From an uncultured Rikenellaceae bacterium (lineage in GTDB: Bacteria > Bacteroidota > Bacteroidia > Bacteroidales > VadinHA17): 64,000 nt of DNA. Position 1 is the first letter of the stretch, and the number at the start of each line of letters is the position of its first letter. Of this stretch, positions 48,200-57,602 are shown piece by piece. The DNA lies in assembly GCA_964642615.1 (NCBI GenBank), contig CAZXSW010000003.1, forward strand, positions 17,950-81,949. The letters are read 5' to 3'. The notes under the pieces were generated by a model. The model was not told the DNA's origin and made no database searches. It worked only from the letters and a program-made list of their open reading frames with translations. The position numbers were made by a program, and so were the translations under genes.

Positions 48200-48808
48200 T
48201 CATACGGTGTTTGAAAAATTGTTCAAAGATTCTTCGATATATGCCAGTATTTCTTCTTTTCCTCCTGGTCTGACAGCAGAGGTAAAGAAGGTCGGAGGCA
48301 GTGATTCCCAGTCTTCAAGCATTGCTTCATCGCAAAGCCTGACTGTTTTTTCAAGTTCTGCCCCGGAGATCTTGTCGGTTTTTGTAAAAACCCTGCAGAA
48401 AGGGACCTGGCTGTTTCCAAGTAATCTCATAAAGCTGATATCTGATTTCTGAGGTTTAAGCCGTGAATCGATAAGGACGAACAAGCTAACGAGGTTATCC
48501 CTTTTAAGGATATATTCCTCGGAGCTTCGTGTCCAGTCCTTCCTGAGTTTCTCAGGCACTTTTGCATAACCATAACCGGGCAGGTCGACAAGATACCAGC
48601 TTTCATTAATAAGGAAATGGTTTATGCTCCTTGTTTTTCCGGGTTGACCCGATGTTTTGGCAAGCCTTGAAAAGCCTGTGAGCATGTTGATAAGCGATGA
48701 TTTCCCGACGTTCGACCGTCCGATAAACCCGAACTCGGGCTTGTCGGGGGCGGGACACTGTTTAAGAGTGGGGCTGCTTGTTACGAAAACTGCTGACCGG
48801 ATTATCAT
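48200..48808 (-). CDS. engB: ribosome biogenesis GTP-binding protein YihA/EngB
   Basis: 202 aa; G1 GRSNVGKSSLIN, G3 DLPGYGYA, G4 TKTDK. Confidence 0.92.
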   Translation of the reverse strand: MIIRSAVFVTSSPTLKQCPAPDKPEFGFIGRSNVGKSSLINMLTGFSRLAKTSGQPGKTRSINHFLINESWYLVDLPGYGYAKVPEKLRKDWTRSSEEYILKRDNLVSLFVLIDSRLKPQKSDISFMRLLGNSQVPFCRVFTKTDKISGAELEKTVRLCDEAMLEDWESLPPTFFTSAVRPGGKEEILAYIEESLNNFSNTV

Positions 48809-48816
48809 CCTGAAGC

Positions 48817-49587
48817 TTATTTCAGATCATTATACGGGAGATCGATCCTTCTATAGCCCAGGTGTTTGTTCCCGAAGTCTGTAATTTTCTCTGAGATGAC
48901 GCCTATATAATTCTCACCGGGGGTCCCTGATTTCTTAAGGACAATGGAACCTTTCCCTTCGGTTGTCTTTATAGGCTCGATAAGGGTAGTGTCAAACCTG
49001 CCGTTACTGAACTCTCCCCGGTAGAATTTTGCCTGTTTTGAGTCATCCGACAATGAGAGATCTATCCTGTAACTTCCCCTGGTGTTGTAATCATCGGTGA
49101 TGTTTACCACTATTTCGGGATATCCCTGTATTTTCCTGCCTTTTCTGTCATATTCCTCCAGGAATGGTGTCCGCAACCCCTTTTCATATCCTAACATGGC
49201 TTTCTTCTTCCCGTCTCTGTAGTACTGGACCTGTATGCCGTCGATGGTGTCATTTTTATAGGGTGTTGATCTGAAGAGCTGTCCCTCGGTGTAGTACCAT
49301 TTTGAACTGTCCTGGCGTATCCCGTTTTCGTACCAGAAGGTAACACGAAGCTGGCCTCCCTGGTAAAAGCCTTTTGTCAGGCCCTGTCTGACACCATTCC
49401 TGAAGGTGACCTCCTGGAATAGCTTTTCGTTGCTGAAGTATTGCTTTATCCCTGTAAATCCGGTGTCGGGAACGGTAACTGTATCAGCCGGGTTTACCTG
49501 GTCATTGTTAGCTGTGCCCCTGCCGGCACAGGCGGCAAAAAAACCGGCAATAGCCAGGGTAATCAGAGTGTTGTAAAAAATTTTCAT
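48817..49587 (-). CDS. lipoprotein with MORN-variant (YwqK-like) repeats
   Basis: 256 aa with lipobox-like AGFFAAC. Repeated ...Y.NG....G....YY..G.L.... units. Confidence 0.6.
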   Translation of the reverse strand: MKIFYNTLITLAIAGFFAACAGRGTANNDQVNPADTVTVPDTGFTGIKQYFSNEKLFQEVTFRNGVRQGLTKGFYQGGQLRVTFWYENGIRQDSSKWYYTEGQLFRSTPYKNDTIDGIQVQYYRDGKKKAMLGYEKGLRTPFLEEYDRKGRKIQGYPEIVVNITDDYNTRGSYRIDLSLSDDSKQAKFYRGEFSNGRFDTTLIEPIKTTEGKGSIVLKKSGTPGENYIGVISEKITDFGNKHLGYRRIDLPYNDLK

Positions 49588-49678
49588 CAGTAAAAAATTT
49601 TGATTTTAAAGGTCTGATGTAACCCATATGTTTGAAGATTATATACATGCTTGTTTGTTTCTTACATGTGGGTTTCAT
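49588..49678 (-). repeat. copy 3 of the three-copy upstream cassette
   Basis: The minus strand reads ATGAAACCCACATGTAAGAAACAAACAAGCATGTATATAATCTTCAAACATATGGGTTACATCAGACCTTTAAAATCAAAATTTTTTACTG, then the ATG of the MORN lipoprotein gene. Confidence 0.7.
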
Positions 49679-49693
49679 GATAGATGAAATGTG

Positions 49694-50692
49694 TTAATGA
49701 ATTCGGGTTGTATCAATATATATTTCAAGTATCCGGGCTGAAGGTAAAGGTTCAAGAATCACTTCCCTGATATGTGCAGGAAGAAGCACAGTCTCACCTC
49801 TTGTGACCATTTCGGCCTTGCCGTCCCATTTTATCATGAATTGTCCTTCAATACAAAAATAAACAATAAAAGAATCAATTAGGTTATAATCGCGTGCAAT
49901 ACTTTTATTAAAGAGAAGGCCATTTGTTGTGAAATAATCGCAGTCCACCAGTTTTTCGGTCTTGTTTTCTGCGTGATCCTTCCTTATTTTAACCTGACCT
50001 GCGGCTGTGAAGTCGATGGCATCCAGTGCCAGATCGGTGTGTAGCTCACGGGTCAGGCCATCCTTGTCTTTCCTGTTCCAGTCGTAAATCCTGTAGGTGA
50101 TGTCAGATGTTTGCTGTATCTCTATAAGTGTGACTCCTGCACCTATCGAATGAACTCTGCCGGCCGGAGTGAAGAAGATATCCCCGGCACTTGCTTTTTC
50201 AGCATTCAGAAGGCCTGCAACCTTGTCTTCCCTTAAGGCGTTGAGATACTGTTCCCTGGTAACGGTCCTGTTAAATCCGGTGTAGATAACTGAATTCCCG
50301 GCCGCTTCAAGTATGTACCACATCTCAGTTTTGCCATAGGCACCATGCCTCTCACGGGCAAGAGCATCGCCAGGATGAACCTGAATTGAGAGGTCATCCC
50401 GGGCTTCAATGAGTTTGATTAGCAGGGGGAACTCGATACCGAACTTTTCATATACCGTCTCGCCGCATATATCGCCAAGGTAAACCTCAATGAGTTCCTC
50501 GATGTTGTTGCCTGCAAGAAATCCGTTGGAAACGACCGACTGGTGATCTGAAACACCCGACAGTTCCCAGCTTTCCCCGATCAATAAATCAGGATTTCCT
50601 TTCTTGCCGTAGTGTGAAACCAGCTTGCTGCCTCCCCATAGCTTTTCCCTGAGAACGGGTTCAAATTTGAGTGGATAAAGATCTGACATCAT
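49694..50692 (-). CDS. manA: class I mannose-6-phosphate isomerase
   Basis: 332 aa; ...LYPLKF.P...EK.WGG..L..., ...QVHP.D..A... and cupin metal-ligand blocks. Confidence 0.85.
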   Translation of the reverse strand: MMSDLYPLKFEPVLREKLWGGSKLVSHYGKKGNPDLLIGESWELSGVSDHQSVVSNGFLAGNNIEELIEVYLGDICGETVYEKFGIEFPLLIKLIEARDDLSIQVHPGDALARERHGAYGKTEMWYILEAAGNSVIYTGFNRTVTREQYLNALREDKVAGLLNAEKASAGDIFFTPAGRVHSIGAGVTLIEIQQTSDITYRIYDWNRKDKDGLTRELHTDLALDAIDFTAAGQVKIRKDHAENKTEKLVDCDYFTTNGLLFNKSIARDYNLIDSFIVYFCIEGQFMIKWDGKAEMVTRGETVLLPAHIREVILEPLPSARILEIYIDTTRIH

Positions 50693-50764
50693 TTTCTCAT
50701 TGTCTGCCTGAACACCTTAAATCTTTTTACTGCGACATGTAAAAAAGGCTCAGACAATTTTTAC

Positions 50765-50772
50765 TATTTTTG
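50765..50772 (+). promoter_or_regulatory. candidate -7 box (TATTTTTG) for udk
   Basis: Exact TAnnTTTG match, 32 nt upstream of ATG 50804. Confidence 0.4.
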
Positions 50773-50803
50773 GTCTAAGTTAACAAAACAAAATTATAAA
50801 TAA

Positions 50804-51427
50804 ATGCTTACAGTAGGAATTGCCGGGGGGACAGGGTCAGGAAAAACAACCGTTGTCAGAAAAGTCATGGAAGCTTTTCCAAATAGCGAAGTGGTTGTAA
50901 TCCCGCAGGATTCATATTACAGGGATAACTCCGGTATTCCGCTTTCGGAGAGGCAGCTTATTAATTTTGACCATCCGGCCTCCGTTGAATTCAGCCTGCT
51001 CACCGCTCATCTGAAAGAGCTTAAGCAGGGGAGGAATATAAGGATGCCTGTTTATTCCTATCTCACCTGCCTCAGATCGGAAGAGACCGTGCCCATTGCT
51101 CCTTCACGGGTGGTTCTGGTTGAGGGGATTCTTATACTTACCGATCCCGGTTTGCGTGATATGCTTGATATTAAGGTGTTTGTTGATGCTGATGCTGACG
51201 ACAGGCTGGGTCGTGTTATCCAGAGGGATATGTTGGAGCGCGGGCGAACCCTGATGATGGTTCTGGATAGGTATCACCTTACTGTAAAACCTTCCCATCT
51301 GCAGTTCATTGAACCTTCAAAGCGTTACGCCGATATAATTATTCCCGGAGGCGGAGAAAACCTGGTAGGGATAGAAGTTCTGATATCAATAATTGAAAAA
51401 CATCTTCTTAAAGAAAAAAACAACTGA
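50804..51427 (+). CDS. udk: uridine kinase
   Basis: 207 aa; P-loop GIAGGTGSGKTT, ...NFDHP...... and ...RD...RGR... Confidence 0.93.
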   Translation: MLTVGIAGGTGSGKTTVVRKVMEAFPNSEVVVIPQDSYYRDNSGIPLSERQLINFDHPASVEFSLLTAHLKELKQGRNIRMPVYSYLTCLRSEETVPIAPSRVVLVEGILILTDPGLRDMLDIKVFVDADADDRLGRVIQRDMLERGRTLMMVLDRYHLTVKPSHLQFIEPSKRYADIIIPGGGENLVGIEVLISIIEKHLLKEKNN

Positions 51428-51431
51428 ACCC

Positions 51432-52154
51432 ATGCCCGAAAACATCAGACCGGAAGACATTTTGTTTCTTGATATTGAAACGGTTCCTGCAGTACCCTCC
51501 TTTGATATGCTCGAAGAACATTTAAAGGAGTTGTGGGAGAAGAAGTCTACCCAGTTCAGGACAGGCGATCAGACTGCCGGAACTGTTTATGACAGGGCGG
51601 CTATCTATGCCGAATTCGGAAAGATAATATGTATCTCAGCCGGAGTTATTACAGGAAGGGATCCTTTCAGCTTCAGGTTGAAATCCTTTTTCGGTGATGA
51701 TGAGAAAGCAATTCTCTCAGATTTCTCACTTATGCTTAACCGCTTTGCAAAGAGCAGAGAATCACAACTGTGTGCCCATAACGGCAAGGAGTTTGATTAT
51801 CCGTATATTGCCCGTAGGATGGTCATCAACAGGCTGGTGATACCTGAGATCCTTAATATTGCAGGGAAGAAGCCCTGGGAGGTCAAACTGCTTGATACTA
51901 TGGAGCTCTGGAAGTTTGGCGATTTCAGGAGTTTTGTATCCCTCGATCTGCTGACCTCTGTTCTTGGCCTGCCATCTCCCAAGGACGATATCAGGGGCAG
52001 CGAGGTGGGAGAGGTGTACTGGAACTCGCATGATATAACCAGGATTGTTACCTATTGTGAGAAGGATGTGCTTGCAGTGGCAAGGATACTGCTAAGGATT
52101 ATGAATCTGGGTGAGATTGATGATGCCAATGTGGAGTCGGTCACTAATCACTGA
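51432..52154 (+). CDS. DEDD-type 3'-5' exonuclease-like (RNase H-fold) protein
   Basis: ATG at 51432, just after the udk stop (the ORF-track start 51393 overlaps udk). Exo motifs FLDIET, HNGKEFDYPY and YCEKDV. Confidence 0.7.
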   Translation: MPENIRPEDILFLDIETVPAVPSFDMLEEHLKELWEKKSTQFRTGDQTAGTVYDRAAIYAEFGKIICISAGVITGRDPFSFRLKSFFGDDEKAILSDFSLMLNRFAKSRESQLCAHNGKEFDYPYIARRMVINRLVIPEILNIAGKKPWEVKLLDTMELWKFGDFRSFVSLDLLTSVLGLPSPKDDIRGSEVGEVYWNSHDITRIVTYCEKDVLAVARILLRIMNLGEIDDANVESVTNH

Positions 52155-52159
52155 TTCGG

Positions 52160-52951
52160 CTATCCGGCAAGGCTGAACAGGTGATTCAGCACATCCCCGG
52201 GTCTTTCCGTATGTATCCAGTGGCCCGCCCCTTCGAGGCTGATGATCTCTGAGGCAGGGAACAGCCTTTCAATAAACCTGATGTCACTTTCGGGCAGGTA
52301 ATCAGAGAGTGTGCCTCTCAGAAACACGACCGGGAAGCCGGTGACCGGGTAGATTTCGTCGCGGCCGAAGCCGTCGATTATCTTCTTTATATTGTTATAC
52401 AGCGCATCCGTATTAAGTTTCCATCTGAACCCGTTACCCCTTACTCTTTCGAGGTTCTTGAGCAGCATAGACCTTATCTTTTCTGAGTCAATTTGTTGCG
52501 AAAGAAGGGCATCAGCTTCATTCCTTGTTTTTACTGATCCTGCATCCACCGACCTGATGGCTTTAAGTATAAGCATATGCTGCTTATAGAATTCGTCGTA
52601 ACCTGTCAGTGGGGTGAAGGGAGAGATATCAGCAACAAGCAGGCCCTTTATCATTCCTGGCCATTTAACAGAGAAGCTTACTGCAGTTTTCCCTCCCATG
52701 CTGTGACCTGCCAGGAAAAATTCCTTCAGTCCAAGGTCAGTTGTCAACTCATGCAGATCGGCGGCCATAGTATCGTAGTCGTGGATGCTGTCGTGGGGCG
52801 AATGGCCATGGTTGCGGGCATCGGGAAGATAAACCGTGAAGCGTTCAGCAGCTTTTCCTGCAATGCTTATCCAGTTGTCGGATGAACCGTATAGTCCGTG
52901 AAGAATGACAAGCGGGGGGCCCGAGCCGTATTTCCTGAAGAATAGTTTCAT
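52160..52951 (-). CDS. alpha/beta hydrolase
   Basis: 263 aa; HG oxyanion motif (ILHGLYGS), nucleophile elbow GHSMGG, C-terminal ...GHW.H... Confidence 0.85.
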   Translation of the reverse strand: MKLFFRKYGSGPPLVILHGLYGSSDNWISIAGKAAERFTVYLPDARNHGHSPHDSIHDYDTMAADLHELTTDLGLKEFFLAGHSMGGKTAVSFSVKWPGMIKGLLVADISPFTPLTGYDEFYKQHMLILKAIRSVDAGSVKTRNEADALLSQQIDSEKIRSMLLKNLERVRGNGFRWKLNTDALYNNIKKIIDGFGRDEIYPVTGFPVVFLRGTLSDYLPESDIRFIERLFPASEIISLEGAGHWIHTERPGDVLNHLFSLAG

Positions 52952-52953
52952 AA

Positions 52954-53670
52954 TCAGCCGCTTATTTGTCTCCTGTACATCTGGATAGTATTCTCAAGTC
53001 CAAGGTACAGGGCGTCTGAAATAAGGGCATGGCCTATTGAGACTTCATCGAGCCAGGGTATGCTCTGGCAGAAAAAGTGAAGGTTGTCAAGGTTAAGATC
53101 GTGACCTGCGTTAAGGCCGAGTCCCGATTCACGTGCCACCATGGCAGCTTCAACGAAAGGTTTTACTGCTGCGGGTGCGTCGTGACTGAATTCTGTGGCA
53201 TAGGGTTCAGTGTAAAGCTCAACTCTTTCCGCACCTGTAAGGGCAGCATTTTCGATGAAAACAGTTTCAGTTCCAACAAATATTGATGTCCTGATGCCAG
53301 CCTTTTTCATCTCGGTAACGATATCAGTCAACAGTAGTTTGTAACGAACCGTGTCCCATCCTGCATTGGAGGTGATAGCATCGTGGGTATCGGGTACAAG
53401 GGTTACCTGGTCGGGTCTTGATGAAAGAACGAGATCCATGAATTTATCAGAAGGATAGCCTTCGATGTTGAATTCGGTTTTTATAACAGGCCTTATCTCA
53501 AGAACGTCGGCATAACGGATATGACGTTCGTCGGGACGAGGATGAACGGTAATTCCGTCGGCTCCGAAAAGCTCACAGTTTATTGCTGCAGCCTTTATAT
53601 TAGGAATATTTCCCCCTCTTGCGTTGCGAATGGTGGCGATCTTGTTAATATTTACACTTAACTTTGTCAT
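52954..53670 (-). CDS. pdxJ: pyridoxine 5'-phosphate synthase
   Basis: ATG at 53670 gives MTKLSVNINKIATIRNARG..., a typical PdxJ start (the ORF-track start 53679 is a TTG). ...HPRPDERHI... and ...NAGHDLN... Confidence 0.93.
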   Translation of the reverse strand: MTKLSVNINKIATIRNARGGNIPNIKAAAINCELFGADGITVHPRPDERHIRYADVLEIRPVIKTEFNIEGYPSDKFMDLVLSSRPDQVTLVPDTHDAITSNAGWDTVRYKLLLTDIVTEMKKAGIRTSIFVGTETVFIENAALTGAERVELYTEPYATEFSHDAPAAVKPFVEAAMVARESGLGLNAGHDLNLDNLHFFCQSIPWLDEVSIGHALISDALYLGLENTIQMYRRQISG

Positions 53671-53711
53671 TATTGTCAATATTTGAATTCACGCAATTTT
53701 ATATTGCTGCG

Positions 53712-53719
53712 CAAAAATA
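53712..53719 (-). promoter_or_regulatory. candidate -7 box (TATTTTTG on the minus strand) for pdxJ
   Basis: The reverse complement of 53712-53719 is TATTTTTG, about 42 nt upstream of the pdxJ ATG. Confidence 0.35.
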
Positions 53720-53777
53720 CAATATGTGACTTTTTTTTTACTATTTTAGATTAAAATTAAGATATTTCAGATACTTA

Positions 53778-54443
53778 ATGTTAGCAATAGACCTTATATC
53801 TGATGTGATACCACCTCTCCGGACTTCGGATTCGGGGCAGACGGCCCTCAACTGGATGGAGATTTTCAGGATTTCGCATCTTCCTATAGTCAATAACCAG
53901 GATTTTCTGGGATTGATATCTGACAATGATATTTATGATATGAACCGGCCTGAGGAGCCCATAGGCAATCATGAGCTTACTCTTCTTAAACCGTATGTCA
54001 CCACCGGCCAGCACCTCTTTGAGGTTATTGGTCTTGCAGCACGGCTTCATCTCTCGGTTGTCCCTGTTCTCGATAATAAGGACCACTATAAAGGAGTTAT
54101 AACAACCAACGATCTTGTGAGGCATATAGCCGGTATTTCATCAATGGATCAGCCGGGAGGGATCATTGTCCTGGAGCTTATCGAGAGGGATTATTCCCTG
54201 TCGCAGATTGCCCAGATAATTGAAGGAAACAATATAAAGGTACTCAGTCTGTATATTACATCTCCCAGGGATTCGACCAGGCTCGAGATAACCATCAAGG
54301 TTAATTCAGGTGATCTTGCTTCGGTCATCAGGACCTTTGAACGTTATAATTATGAAGTCAGGACCTGGGTAACGACAGATGATACTATGGATAGTTTTTA
54401 TTCAGAGAGGTTTGATCTTTTAATGAAGTATCTCAATATATAG
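53778..54443 (+). CDS. CBS-domain protein
   Basis: 221 aa; two CBS-like repeats followed by a small ACT-like C-terminal domain. Sits between pdxJ and nadK. Confidence 0.7.
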   Translation: MLAIDLISDVIPPLRTSDSGQTALNWMEIFRISHLPIVNNQDFLGLISDNDIYDMNRPEEPIGNHELTLLKPYVTTGQHLFEVIGLAARLHLSVVPVLDNKDHYKGVITTNDLVRHIAGISSMDQPGGIIVLELIERDYSLSQIAQIIEGNNIKVLSLYITSPRDSTRLEITIKVNSGDLASVIRTFERYNYEVRTWVTTDDTMDSFYSERFDLLMKYLNI

Positions 54444-54446
54444 CTT

Positions 54447-55325
54447 ATGCTGGGGAAGATTGCCATATACAGCAAGGATTCGAACCAGAAGACCATTGAA
54501 GGGGTTAATGACCTTATAAGGGGATTCTGCAGGAGGGGTATTGAGATAGCTCTTTACCAGAAAGCAGCAGGCACGGTTGAATGTCATAAATTTGAAAAAG
54601 CCGAAAGGTTTTCAGATATACATGATCTCACAGTACTTCCCGATCTTGTTTTAAGTGTTGGCGGTGACGGAACCTTTCTGGAGACAGTTATGAAGGTCAG
54701 GGATTCGGGGATTCCTATAGCAGGAGTGAATACAGGCAGGATGGGTTTTCTGGCCAATATTTCAAGAGAAGAGATAGACAACTCAATTGAACTGCTGTGC
54801 AGGGGAGAGTACAGCCTTATTGAGAGATCGCTTCTTGAGATTGTCAGTCCTGGGAGTCTTTTCGGTCAGGGTTTGTCAACAGCACTTAACGATATTACAA
54901 TTCAAAAGGCTGATCCCGGTATGATCACCATTAATGTTTATGTTGATGATTCATACATAAATACTTACTGGGCTGACGGACTGATATTCTCCACAGCTAC
55001 CGGATCAACTGCCTATAATCTGAGTGTAGGGGGGCCTATCTTATCACCCGAGGACGAAAGTATAATTATTTCACCCATCTCACCTCATAATCTGACTATC
55101 AGGCCCATTGTGATTTCAGGTGAAAGTGTACTGAGGATGGTGATGGAAGGAAGAAGTGATGAATATATGGCAACATGTGATTTTAATTCTGTAAGGCTGC
55201 CTTTTACTGAAGAGATCCGGATCAGGAGGTCGGCTTTCAAGCTTAAGACTGTAATGCTGAAGGGAACCGATTTTTTCGGGACACTGAGAAACAGGCTTAT
55301 GTGGGGAGCCGACAGAAGGAACTGA
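54447..55325 (+). CDS. nadK: NAD kinase
   Basis: 292 aa; ...SVGGDGTFLE... and ...GSTAYNLS.GGPI..P... motifs. Confidence 0.93.
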   Translation: MLGKIAIYSKDSNQKTIEGVNDLIRGFCRRGIEIALYQKAAGTVECHKFEKAERFSDIHDLTVLPDLVLSVGGDGTFLETVMKVRDSGIPIAGVNTGRMGFLANISREEIDNSIELLCRGEYSLIERSLLEIVSPGSLFGQGLSTALNDITIQKADPGMITINVYVDDSYINTYWADGLIFSTATGSTAYNLSVGGPILSPEDESIIISPISPHNLTIRPIVISGESVLRMVMEGRSDEYMATCDFNSVRLPFTEEIRIRRSAFKLKTVMLKGTDFFGTLRNRLMWGADRRN

Positions 55326-55344
55326 GGCTTCGGGAGAAGTTGCT

Positions 55345-55376
55345 TATATTTGTTTTATATTTGATTATTATATTTG
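55345..55376 (+). promoter_or_regulatory. three tandem TATATTTG -7-box motifs
   Basis: TATATTTG at 55345-55352, 55356-55363 and 55369-55376. The last is 26 nt upstream of ATG 55402. Confidence 0.4.
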
Positions 55377-55401
55377 TAAAAGCAATTTAAAAATAGTCGC
55401 A

Positions 55402-56142
55402 ATGAAACGGTTCCTCCTTCTTGTCATGGTTCTGTGTGTCACTGCACCATTTTCATCAGCCCAGCTGTGGAAATGGAAGAGATGGGAGACCTCTCTGGGG
55501 GTAGGGCCTTCGTTTTTCTTTAATGATATCGGTGGCTATTCCAGGTCAAAGAACCTGCTTGGCTTCAGAGATATAAGTTACAGACAGACAATGTTTAACG
55601 TAAACGGTAACATTAAATACCGTCTGACCAGAACTCTTAATGCCAGAATCAGCGGAACGGCAGGGATGCTGCACGGAATTGACACATGGGGGTCGAATGA
55701 GGGGAGAGCAATGGAGGCTACAACCATTATTCTGGAGCCGGCTCTGATGGCTGAGTATTATTTTATAAAGAACAGGTCGGAAAGCAGCTACCTCTTTCTC
55801 AGGGGAAGGGGCTTCTGGAAATTGCTGTCTTCACTTGACTTCTATGCCTTTTCGGGTTTCGGGGGAGTATACTACGATGTTAACGGCAACCAACCCCTTG
55901 TTGATTATGGAATGAAGGAAAGCGGGTTAGCCGGCCTGATACCGGTCGGGCTGGGTGCTTCACTTATTTATACCCCAAATATTAATTTCGGACTGGAACT
56001 GGGGGGCAGATATACTTTCACTGACTTTATTGACGGCTATACCTCACAATATTCGACCGCGAACGACGTTTACTATTTTTTGAATTTCACCATTACCTAT
56101 AAGGTAAAGACAGGTCCTCGCGGACTGCCATCTTTCAGATGA
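55402..56142 (+). CDS. outer-membrane beta-barrel protein (DUF6089-like)
   Basis: 246 aa with a signal peptide, alternating-hydrophobic beta-strand pattern and an aromatic C-terminal residue (…PSFR). Paralog of the next gene. Confidence 0.6.
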   Translation: MKRFLLLVMVLCVTAPFSSAQLWKWKRWETSLGVGPSFFFNDIGGYSRSKNLLGFRDISYRQTMFNVNGNIKYRLTRTLNARISGTAGMLHGIDTWGSNEGRAMEATTIILEPALMAEYYFIKNRSESSYLFLRGRGFWKLLSSLDFYAFSGFGGVYYDVNGNQPLVDYGMKESGLAGLIPVGLGASLIYTPNINFGLELGGRYTFTDFIDGYTSQYSTANDVYYFLNFTITYKVKTGPRGLPSFR

Positions 56143-56163
56143 TAAAGAGCCGGATTCAGTTTA

Positions 56164-56850
56164 ATGAAAAAAGTATGTTGGATTTTTTTGCTAATTGGTT
56201 TATCGCAGGCCGTTTCCGGCCAGCGACAGGCTGACTTTGGTCTCTTTGTTGGAACCTCCTCATATTTCGGGGATATAAATCCTTCCCGTTTCCTGTATTC
56301 TCCGGGTCCTGCTGCCGGAGTATTTTACAGGTACAATTTCCACCCCAGGCATTCACTGCGTACAAATATATATATTGGCAGCCTTAGCGGGGATGATCTT
56401 GACTTCAGTAATGAATTCCAGACCTTGAGAGCAGGTTCCTTCTCAGGAACCATAGGAGAGTGGGCACTTCAGTTTGAATTCAACTTCCTGCCTTATTCCA
56501 CCCAGGGAAAAAAGTGGAATTATACTCCCTACATGGCAGCCGGTGCCGGAATAGTCTTTATAAACACTGTAGCGACAACCTACACTCCGGTTATTCCTTT
56601 TGCCCTGGGATTTAAGGTCAACATTCATAAAAATCTGGGTTTGGAAGCCGAGTATGGTTTTCGTAAAACATTTTATGATAACTTTGACGGCCTTGAAGAT
56701 GATGTGGGTTATATTGACCGGGCTGATAAGTCCTGGATTCATAATAATGACTGGTATTCATTTGCCGGCATAGCTTTTACCTGGAAGTTTTTTAACAGGA
56801 TGGTTGGATGCCCGGCATATAATGATGTGGATAAAAAAAGAAAAAGATAG
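56164..56850 (+). CDS. outer-membrane beta-barrel protein (DUF6089-like)
   Basis: 228 aa with a signal peptide and beta-strand periodicity. Position upstream of uppS-bamA matches the conserved Bacteroidetes arrangement as I recall it. Confidence 0.6.
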   Translation: MKKVCWIFLLIGLSQAVSGQRQADFGLFVGTSSYFGDINPSRFLYSPGPAAGVFYRYNFHPRHSLRTNIYIGSLSGDDLDFSNEFQTLRAGSFSGTIGEWALQFEFNFLPYSTQGKKWNYTPYMAAGAGIVFINTVATTYTPVIPFALGFKVNIHKNLGLEAEYGFRKTFYDNFDGLEDDVGYIDRADKSWIHNNDWYSFAGIAFTWKFFNRMVGCPAYNDVDKKRKR

Positions 56851-56852
56851 GT

Positions 56853-57599
56853 ATGTCTCTTATTTCTCAGATTAACCGCGATAAAATACCCTCGCATGTG
56901 GCTATAATTATGGATGGGAACGGAAGATGGGCCCAGCAGAGAGGAATGGAGAGGATATTCGGACACAGGGAAGGAGTTGAAGCCGTAAGACGTGTTGTCG
57001 AAGCAGCTGTGGAGCTCAATGTCCGCCATCTGACCCTTTATGCTTTTTCAACAGAAAACTGGGGCCGGCCCGATGATGAAGTTTCAGCACTTATGGGTAT
57101 AATGGTACAGTCGCTTACAAATGAAAAGGGGACACTTATGAAGAACAACATAAGGCTCTCAGCCATCGGCGATGTGAAAAGGCTTACAGAAGATGTAAGG
57201 GAGAAGCTTGAGGAAACCATCAGACTGACTTCAGGGGCAAGCGGACTCAATCTTATTATTGCAATGAGCTACAGCTCACGCTGGGAGCTTACAGAGGCTG
57301 CCCGGCGGCTGGCTGCTGAGGTAAGGGAAGGTACACTGGATCCGGATAACATTGACGAGAAAATGTTCGGAGACTACCTGACTACCTCCCATATACCTGA
57401 TCCTGAGTTGATGATAAGAACCAGCGGGGAGCTGCGCCTGAGCAATTTTCTGCTCTGGCAGCTGGCCTATGCTGAATTGTATTTCCCTGAAGTACTTTGG
57501 CCTGATTTTGGTAAGGAGGAATTCTACGAAGCAATAATAGAGTTCCAGAGACGAGAAAGAAGATTTGGAAAGACGAGTGAACAGCTATTGGAAAATTAA
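56853..57599 (+). CDS. uppS: isoprenyl transferase (undecaprenyl-diphosphate synthase)
   Basis: 248 aa; ...HVAIIMDGNGRWA... and ...RTSGE.RLSNFLLWQ.AYAE... motifs. Confidence 0.95.
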   Translation: MSLISQINRDKIPSHVAIIMDGNGRWAQQRGMERIFGHREGVEAVRRVVEAAVELNVRHLTLYAFSTENWGRPDDEVSALMGIMVQSLTNEKGTLMKNNIRLSAIGDVKRLTEDVREKLEETIRLTSGASGLNLIIAMSYSSRWELTEAARRLAAEVREGTLDPDNIDEKMFGDYLTTSHIPDPELMIRTSGELRLSNFLLWQLAYAELYFPEVLWPDFGKEEFYEAIIEFQRRERRFGKTSEQLLEN

Positions 57600-57602
57600 G
57601 AA

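Noticed and set aside
50699-50758. Inverted repeat ATTGTCTGCC...GG(CT)CAGACAAT in the manA/udk divergent spacer.
   Set aside because: There are only 8 contiguous base pairs plus 2 after a bulge, and the loop is 38 nt. This is within what chance allows in a 110-nt spacer. It is noted only as a possible operator.
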